64,000 nt of DNA, taken from positions 16,124,029-16,188,028 of the forward strand of contig MU054323.1 of the NCBI GenBank assembly GCA_013239625.1. Direction: 5' to 3'. The stretch comes from Lama guanicoe (lineage: Eukaryota). The notes beneath the pieces were generated by a model. The model ran no database searches. It saw only the letters and a program-made list of their open reading frames with translations, and was not told the origin of the DNA. This document shows, in pieces, positions 56,090-64,000 of this stretch (the stretch's first letter is position 1; the number at the start of each line of letters is the position of its first letter). Both the position numbers and the translations under genes were made by a program.

Positions 56090-57885
56090 ACCAATCATTA
56101 GGGGAATGCAAATCAAAACTAAGTGAGACACTACCTCATACCCATCAGGATGGCTACTGTCAAAAAACAGAAAATAACAGGTGTTGGTGAGCACGTGGAA
56201 AAACTGAAACTCTTGAGCACCATTGATGGGAATGTAAAGCAGTGCAGCAGCTATGGAAAACAGTACAGCAGTTCCTCAAAGAATTAAAAATTAGAATTAC
56301 CATATGATCCAGCAATTCCACTTCTGGGTATATAGCCAAAAGAACTGAAAGCAGGGTCTCAAGGAAACCATCAACAAAATGAAAAGACAACCTACTGAAT
56401 TGGAGAAAATACTTGTAAATTATGACTGATAACAGGTTAGTATCCAAACCATAGAAACAGAGAAAAAAACTCAATATCAAAAAAAAAAAATAACCTGATT
56501 CAAAAATGGGCAGACAACTTGAATAGACATTTTTCCAAAAAAGATATACAGATGGCCAATAGGCACATGAAAAGATGCTCAACATTGCTAATCATTAGAG
56601 AAATGCAGATCAAACTCACAATGAAATATCATCTCACACCTGTCAGAATGGCTATCCTCAAACAGTCTATAAAAATGAATGCTGGCAAGGATGTGGAGCA
56701 AAGGGAACCCTTATACATTGTTGGTAGGAAGGTAAATTGGAGCAACCACTATGGAAAACATATGGAGGGTTCTCAAAAAAACTAAAAATATAACTACCAC
56801 TTGATCCAGAAATTCTACTTCTGAGCACATATCTGAAATGAAAATACCAATTCAAAAAAAATGCGCCCCAATGTTCATAGCATTATTTACAATAGCCAAG
56901 ATATGGAAGCAATTTATGTGTCAATTAACAGATGAATGGATAAAGAAGATGTGGTATCTATATACAGTGGAATATTACTCAGCTATAAAAAGAATGAAAT
57001 TTTGCCATTTGCAGCAACATGGATGGACCTGGAGAGTATTATGCTTAGTGAAATAAGTCAGACAGAGAAAGATGAACACTGTATATTATCGCTTATATGT
57101 GGAACCAAAAGAAATAAAACAAGTGGAGGAATATAACAAAACAGAAATAGATTCATAGATATAGAGACAAACTAGTGGTTACCAGTGTGGAGAGAAAAGA
57201 GGGGAGAGGAAAATAGAGGTAGGGAATTAGGAGGTACAAACTACCATTTATAAAATAAATAAGCTACAAGTATATATTGCACAGCACAGGGAACATAGCC
57301 AAGATTTTATAATAGCTTTAAACAGAATATAACCTATAAAAATATCGAATTACTGTGTTTTACATTTGAAACTAATATAATATTGTAAATCAACTATATT
57401 TCAATTAAAAGAAAGTAGGGTCTCAAAGAGATATTTGTACACTCTTGTTGATAGCAGCCACCCAAGTGAATGAATGGGATAAGTAAAATGTGGTGTAGGT
57501 ATACAATGGAATAGTACTTAATCTTAAAAAGGAAGGAAATTCTGATACATGTGGTAACATGAACCTTGAGGACATCATGTTAAGTGAAATAAGCCAGTCA
57601 CAAAAGACATTGTATGATTCTACTTACATGAAGTACCTAGAGTAGTCAAATTGATGGAGACAGAAAGTAGAGTAGAATGGTGGTTGCCAAGGGCTGGAGG
57701 GAGGAGGGAATGGGGAATTGTTTCATGAGTGCAGAGTTTCAGTTTTGCCAGATGAAAAGAGTTCTGGAGATGGATGAGGTGATAGTTGCACAACAATGTG
57801 AATATGCTTAATGCCACTGAACTACAATCTTAAAATGATCAAGATGGTAAATTTTATGTTATGTGTGATTTGCCACAATTAAACA
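56090..57885 (+). mobile_element. L1MB-like 3' end interrupted by a younger L1 (56363-57410)
   Basis: TSD GAAAG(C/T)AGGGTCTCAA at 56347-56362 and 57411-57426; the inner element ends ttgtaaatcaactatatttcaattaaaa. Confidence 0.88.
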
Positions 57886-60800
57886 ACAGAGCATGACAGT
57901 TAAAAAAAAAACCTCAGGAAACTACATCAATTATTATGTTAATTAAAATATGTAACATCAAATATGAAGGATGACTATAAAAATACTAAAGCTTTTTGAT
58001 TAAATACAATTACTTTATTAATAAAACATTTTTCTTAATTTTCTCATTTTGTGACAGACTGAACAGGCATAGTCATGGGCAGGCATTAATACGGAACTGG
58101 CACTTGAGAACTGATGGTGCTAATAACATTAAAAATAAAAGGAAAGGGAAAGAAGGCAACAATTAAAGAAGGGGGCAGGGTCAAGGGAAGACCATTGCCT
58201 GCCTGCTGTTATTGGTCAGGCTGTACTGTTACACACTAGGATGAGTCACATATTTTTTCATATTTCTGGCAGGCACGACTTTGAATAATCATGTGGTATT
58301 TGCTTTCAGACATTCAATATATTACTGAGAACTTAGGATGCTGCCAGGTCCCGGCTCTTCTAAGGGTTATATTATAGAAGTCTTTTACACATGTAAAGCA
58401 TATGCTAAAGATGTGTGCCTGCGTGTGTGTGTACCATAAAACGACAGTGTTATGTAACTTGCTGCGTAACTTAGTAAACATACGAAATAGTAGCACACAG
58501 AGATATATGTAATCAGGCTATCTAGCTACTATACCATGTTTCCCTCGTATTTTCTGTCTCTAAAAATCCTGAATGATAATTTTTACTGTATCCTATACAT
58601 ACGGCATGGGCCTGAATGTCATTCCTATCTGAGCCATTAGCTTGTTTTCTGGTTGGTGTTCATTTTCTCTATTATTTTTTTTAACTTTTTTTTTTTTCCA
58701 ATTGAAGACTGTTCTCTATTCTAAGAGTAGAATTGAAAGTCACCATTTTGACTCAGAGTAGAAGGAAGATGCCCAGTTTTATGGCCGCTTCCTTTGCTTT
58801 TGAAAGTTTCTCCCAGCAAAGTTTCTCCCAGCACACTTTCTCAAATTACATCTTTACTTCTTCCTAGTTTGTAATACATATTTAACCTGCAGCTATTAGA
58901 AGGATTTTCTTCAAAGACTAAACAAATATATTATGAAATCTATTCAGTCTCTTTTGCTCTCTTAAAGATCTCTAGATTCAAACTTCAGTGTTCCCCATAG
59001 TAGATATATGTGCCTGACTGAGCGAGGACTGCAAAAGATCAAGGTTTGGCCAGTGATGGAAGGGGATTAGCTTTACTAAAATTATATGCTGAATAATTCA
59101 AGCTTCTTTTAAAGGAAAATTTAGGCATACTCTTGGCCTGGTGCTGCTGATGAGCTCTGTTGAAATGCTTTTTCAAACATTCATCCTATCCTAAATTTAG
59201 GCAAAAATAAAGATATATATAGGAATATATGTGGTTTAAGGCAGAATTTGGGTTCTGTTGCAACTTTCTATTATTATTATTAACAACTATGTGTGGCATA
59301 GTCAGCATTTTTTTTTTTTAATGACTGCTGCTGTTTTCCGTTAATTTGTGTCATTTTATTTGCTTTCTTAACATTCTGTTTTTGAATCCGTGGAAAGAAA
59401 TTTTAGAGTCTTTCTTCCTCTTTCATTTAAGACTGTTGGGCCTCACCGAATCTTAAAGACAAGATTTTTTTTTTTTGGTATGACTTGAAAATTACTCTTC
59501 AAGTGATTGTTCTTTCATGAAAAGTCAGAAAGGGCCTAATTAACAATCACAATTATAATACTGCTTCAAGATTACAAATTTGAAAGAAAGAATGCTTTTA
59601 CAGTTAAATCTATCTGTGGTCTGTGTAGCCTGATCAGTAGAAGAACCTCACAATTCCATATCATTAAAACATAGATACATAGAATGTGACACCTTGGAAA
59701 ATCCATCAATGACCCCAAAGCAAAAGATAACTAAGTGCCTCAGTCTTGACTTTAGATTATGTTAATTTACATTTTAGTATTTAATTTTTTTGAGAAAAAT
59801 CCACATTTTCCCCTTCTAACACATATGGTATTCAATAATCTGATTAAAGGAGAGAAAGCAATACAAAACAAGTATTCTGCTTAAAATTTGGAAATAAAAT
59901 AATTTCAAAGGTGTCTGGTTTTACACTCAGTATAAGAGCTTATCTCAGTATATTCAAAATTAAATTTTACTAGCTGCTTAAATTTTCTCCTTTGAAACTG
60001 GAAAAGCCTTTAGGTTAGCATAGAAGTATGCTGCCTGCATTAAGTTAGCTGTACATGTTGCTGGGCAGGTTATTTAACCTCCTTGTGCTTTAATTTTCCA
60101 AACAGTAGCAATGAGGATCGTATCTCTCATTGTACTCATTTAGAGAATTAGAGGATTTTTTAAAATGTGCTATTGACACACCGAACGTCTTGGATCACAG
60201 TTTTAACTTATATCATAAAAATTTAGCTAGTATCTTTGGAAGCAAGTTCTTGAGCTAACAACTTTTTGTCTTTCATGTATTATTGATTAATATATTACAG
60301 AAATTGGTGCCTTTTCACCTATGGTATCTTAAGGTGCAAAAAAAAATATAGACACAATTTTCTGAATAAAAAATAAAAATGTATACACAGTATGTATATA
60401 TATCTTCCATAACAATGTTGTAACTCCACATTACAGTCAATTTTGTCATTGTATAGATCAGAGTTGTCTATTCCGTGAGCTGGAGAGAGATGAAGTTTCT
60501 CTTTGGTTCTTTGTGTTTTGATTCTTCCTGACACTATCTCCTTGAGTGGATTAAAATTCCTTACTAGAGATTCATCTTCCTTTTGGATCTTGAAGACTTT
60601 TGGTTTTCTGAGCCCACAGGGAAAAACTGGTATTTAAAACAAAAAACAAAAACCAAAAAACAAAAAAACCAGAGCAGGACAAAATTAGTAAAGGAGTGAA
60701 AGGAATTTTATTTGGGGCCAAGATTAGTGTTGGTGAAAGGAATCACGGTTTATGGGGAATGTTCTTCCCTTCTTTGAGAGGAGAGTGAACTGTTATTCTA

Positions 60801-61297
60801 AAGGGCTGGGAAGGGAGAGGGCCAAAAACCAGAGGAAAGGAGATTTTTTTTCCTAACTTTTATTGCCACCGTGACTTGACCTCTGATCTGGTGAAAGGAA
60901 TTGGGAAGATTTACAGGAAATCTGGATTCCTGAGATTTCTAGGGAACAGCAAAAGTCTGACTCTGTACTGCGGAAGCAAACATCTTAATTTTTTATTCCA
61001 TTATTCAAAGCAGTGGTGGACAGATTTGGGCAGGGATGTAATGTGGGCCTCTTGATGTTCTCTGTGGTTTTTGTTAATGTACTTCTCAGAGTGTGTGATC
61101 AACGTAGTGGTTCTCAGCCCTACTGGAATCACCTGGGGAGTTTAAAAAAAACCTGATATCTAGGGCACACATGAGACTAATCACATCAGAAGCTCTAGCA
61201 TGGCACCTAGGCAACTTTGTTTAAACAAAAAAAGTATTTCAGATGATTCCAATATGTAGTTACAGTTGAAACCATTGGCTTAATATTTTATCTCTCC

Positions 61298-62670
61298 TAG
61301 GTTAAATGCTTTGGTCTCAGGATTCCTTTACAGTAGTAACAATTATCGAGGGCCACTAATAGTTTTTGTTTATGTGGATTAGTTCTATTAATATTTATTG
61401 TATTGAAAATTAAAACAGGCATTTTATAAATTTTTAATTATGGATTTGTTTTAAGACCATAGAAGTATTACAAGTTAAATAATGCATTGTTATGGAAAAA
61501 ATTGCTGTGTTTTCTAAAACAAAAAGAATTTCATGAAAAGATTGGTATATTTTAACATTTAAATTTTTTTCTTTAATATCTGACTTATTAGAAAACAACT
61601 TGATTTGTTTATGCATTAAATCTGCTGTGATATGTTGTTTTGGTTGACGTATATAAAGAAATTGTAGCCTCACACAGATATATAGTAGGAAAAGGAAAGA
61701 GTATTTTAATAGCCTCTTCAGATAATTATGAATAATCTTCTTTGCTATTGAAACAAAACATGATGAGTGGTAATGTCATAAAAGCTGGCTGTAATGGATC
61801 TTTTCTCTGTGATGGAGCATTTGGAAACTATTGGTTCACTGAGTTATGCAGGTATTCCAAATGTTGACCATTTCATTATATATAATTTTTAAAAATCACA
61901 TTTGTTAAAATAACTGACTTTGTCAGAAAAGCTGTTACATATCAGGGAACTGTTAAGCTTATGATAGCAGATACAAATTTTATAAAATTCCAATTTTTGC
62001 TTGAAAGATCCAGTTTTATTCTTGGCAACACATACTGTCTGTCAGTTATTGTCCTTGAAGGCATAGGCACACTTTATTCATTTTGAACAAATGTCTGCCA
62101 AATAGCCAAGCCTGAGTAATCACAGAGTATCAGTCGATTATTCCTTCAAGTCAAAGTAGAATTTTATGGAAAAAAGCAGAGAGCTCACCACGCAACTCAA
62201 AACAATTATTCAAGTGATTTTCCTTGAGACAAAACTTGTCCTTCAGTACGCAGCAGAAACACAATAATCAATTAATCCAAGATAAATGAGAAAAAGTGGT
62301 AAAAATGAACAAAGAGCCATAAAAAACAATAAAATAATGCCATTTGATATTCTTAAGTGAGACTGGCTGTTTTTCTTTTCTTTTGTCTTTCTGTCTGTCT
62401 TTTTTCTTTTCTGTTTTTACTGTATAGGGCAGTAAAGAATGCAAGGATTACAAGCACAGTTTTTTTTTTTAACAGTATAATTTTGTGTTCTATCTTGACA
62501 AGTGCTAAGATGCTAGCAGTCTTACCCACCATTGCTTTATTGCTTTTGCAACATCAATGCAAGTTAATATAAACCAAACCTTGCTTTTGTATTATTATAA
62601 AAATTGATTTGACCTTGCAGACTTCCAAAAGGGTCTTAGGGAATCCTAAGGATCATATTTTGAGATATGC
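61298..62670. mobile_element. Charlie1-like hAT element
   Basis: ttggtctcaggattcctttaca..tttgtttatgtggattag..gaaaattaaaac start; tttgaccttgcagac..aaaagggtcttagggaatcc end. Confidence 0.75.
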
Positions 62671-62831
62671 TTTTTTAATACAACTTTCTGGTCATTACTG
62701 CTCTAGTCCAATAGTGTCACTTTAAAGGTAAGACTAGGTGTGTGAAAATCCTAACACCGAACTAGATGGTGAAGAGCATTTTTAGCAGTTGGGTCCTTAA
62801 TGTGCTTCAAATCACAGTATAGAATCTATAC

Positions 62832-63172
62832 TGTTACAGAAATGGCAGGCCAGCCAAGAAATAAACACCACTCGGAGGGAGGGTTGGAGTACTCAGGTTT
62901 ATTATGCTGGCGAGCTCAGAGGGGCTATCGCTCCAGAGCTCTGAGCGCCTCCGGGAAGTGTAAGTGAGGTTTTATAGGGTCTCTTACAAGCTTGGGGTCC
63001 ATCAACCATTGAGTGAGTACAGCTAGGCAGTATCATAAAAGCAGAAGCAAAGGGTTGCTTGCAGTAACCCAAAACCAGTCTAGCAAGGTGAAACTTAAAA
63101 TTCATGAGTTAACTTAAAATGCATGAGTTTAGCCCAGCCCAGTCTTGGCCCAGCCCAACCTTTTCCTTCTCA
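62832..63172 (-). mobile_element. ERV 3' LTR (341 bp)
   Basis: TG start right after PPT AAGAGAGGGGAA (63173-63184); TATAAAA at 62970-62976, AATAAA at 62898-62903, ends ...GTAACA. Confidence 0.9.
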
Positions 63173-63189
63173 TTCCCCTCTCTTGATGC

Positions 63190-64000
63190 TTTTACAACCC
63201 AGGTTGGGTAAGCGTCATCCTCCATCTGTTGTAGAGGCTCATAATTGGAAGCTAACATCTGGAGCTTTATAGCCTCTATCCGCTGACGAAACAGATCAGG
63301 AAGTTTAAGATACAGGGCCCAAATAGTAGAGATGCACAAATTAGGAGCAAGGGACTTATGAATGGTGCCAGCCAGGAAGTCCAGCTCCAGGGGCCTGTCC
63401 ATGGATCCTTATCCGAAATATATTTTCTCTGTTCCACCCAGTCCTGCAGCTCCTGGACCATCCCTCTTTCAATCCCTGATTGGTTGGCATAAAAACAGCA
63501 CTCTTCATTAAGGAAGAGGCATAGTACCCCCTTTTCAGCAGTGAGTAGGTCTAGACCCATTCTGTTCTGTACTACCTTGCCCAAGGAGTCAGTCCAATTT
63601 TGCAGAGCCCCCACGGTTTCTGCCACACGTTGGAAGTCTTGAGTAAATTCTCCTGTAATGCCAATAATGGTAATGGGAGGATGAGGCTATGCCACCAATT
63701 CCAGTGCCTACCCCTGTTGCTATTCCAAGTCCTATGAGCAAGAGGATCAGTTGTATGGCCCGCTTCACTCTTCTTGGCTGTTGGTGAGCAACAACTGGGA
63801 CGGGAAGGCTCTGGTTGCTGGGCAGAATATCTATCTGGAGGGTGAGATAGGCTAACGCACATAGCCCTGTCCAATTTGCGGGAAGGCATCGGTAGGCAAG
63901 CTTGCCACACACGAGATAAGCCCCAACCTTGGTGGGTTGAACACCAACCTTGGGTGGGTTGGCAGCCCTGTTCCATACAGTGAGAGGTCTTATTACATTG
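63190..64000 (-). pseudogene. env: Gamma-type ERV env (SU C-terminus and TM), frameshifted; truncated by the window edge
   Basis: CLPANWTGLCAL, furin site RVKR, fusion peptide AIQLILLLIGLGIATGVGTGIGGI, ISD-like QNRMGLDLLTAEKG, CX6CC (CLFLNEECC), TM anchor, tail QRIEAIKLQM; split across different reading frames. Confidence 0.92.

Noticed and set aside
58803..58833. 15-bp tandem duplication AAAGTTTCTCCCAGC x2
   Set aside because: Ordinary local duplication with no sign of function
51000..62800. Neighbouring gene exons (QPCT lies upstream of PRKD3 in human, from memory)
   Set aside because: No matching coding sequence or second CpG island seen; it probably lies beyond the window
63190..64000. 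Functional syncytin gene
   Set aside because: At least two frameshifts, an altered ISD and fusion peptide; a full-length fusogenic Env cannot be made from this sequence as given

Overview
Mammalian genomic DNA, probably camelid (it carries a tRNA-Ala-derived, Vic-1-like SINE). The only protein-coding gene is the 5' half of PRKD3 (protein kinase D3) on the minus strand. It has a CpG-island promoter and non-coding first exon at ~50.5 kb, a 956-nt second exon carrying the ATG, and seven more coding exons. The eight coding exons splice into an intact 431-codon frame (N-terminal domain, C1a, C1b, acidic linker, start of PH) that runs off the left edge. The rest is mostly transposable elements: nested L1s with clean TSDs, L2/MIR/CR1 fossils, hAT, Tigger and Mutator DNA transposons, MaLR and ERV LTRs. 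The right edge holds the 3' end of a gamma-type endogenous retrovirus (frameshifted env, PPT, intact 341-bp 3' LTR) pointing toward the PRKD3 promoter. Most interesting: this ERV, an apparent L1 3'-transduction at 32.8 kb, a Mutator transposase fossil with TIRs, and the uATG-rich, circRNA-compatible PRKD3 exon 2. I see no convincing wholly new biological system. Repeat family names are pattern recognition, not database results.
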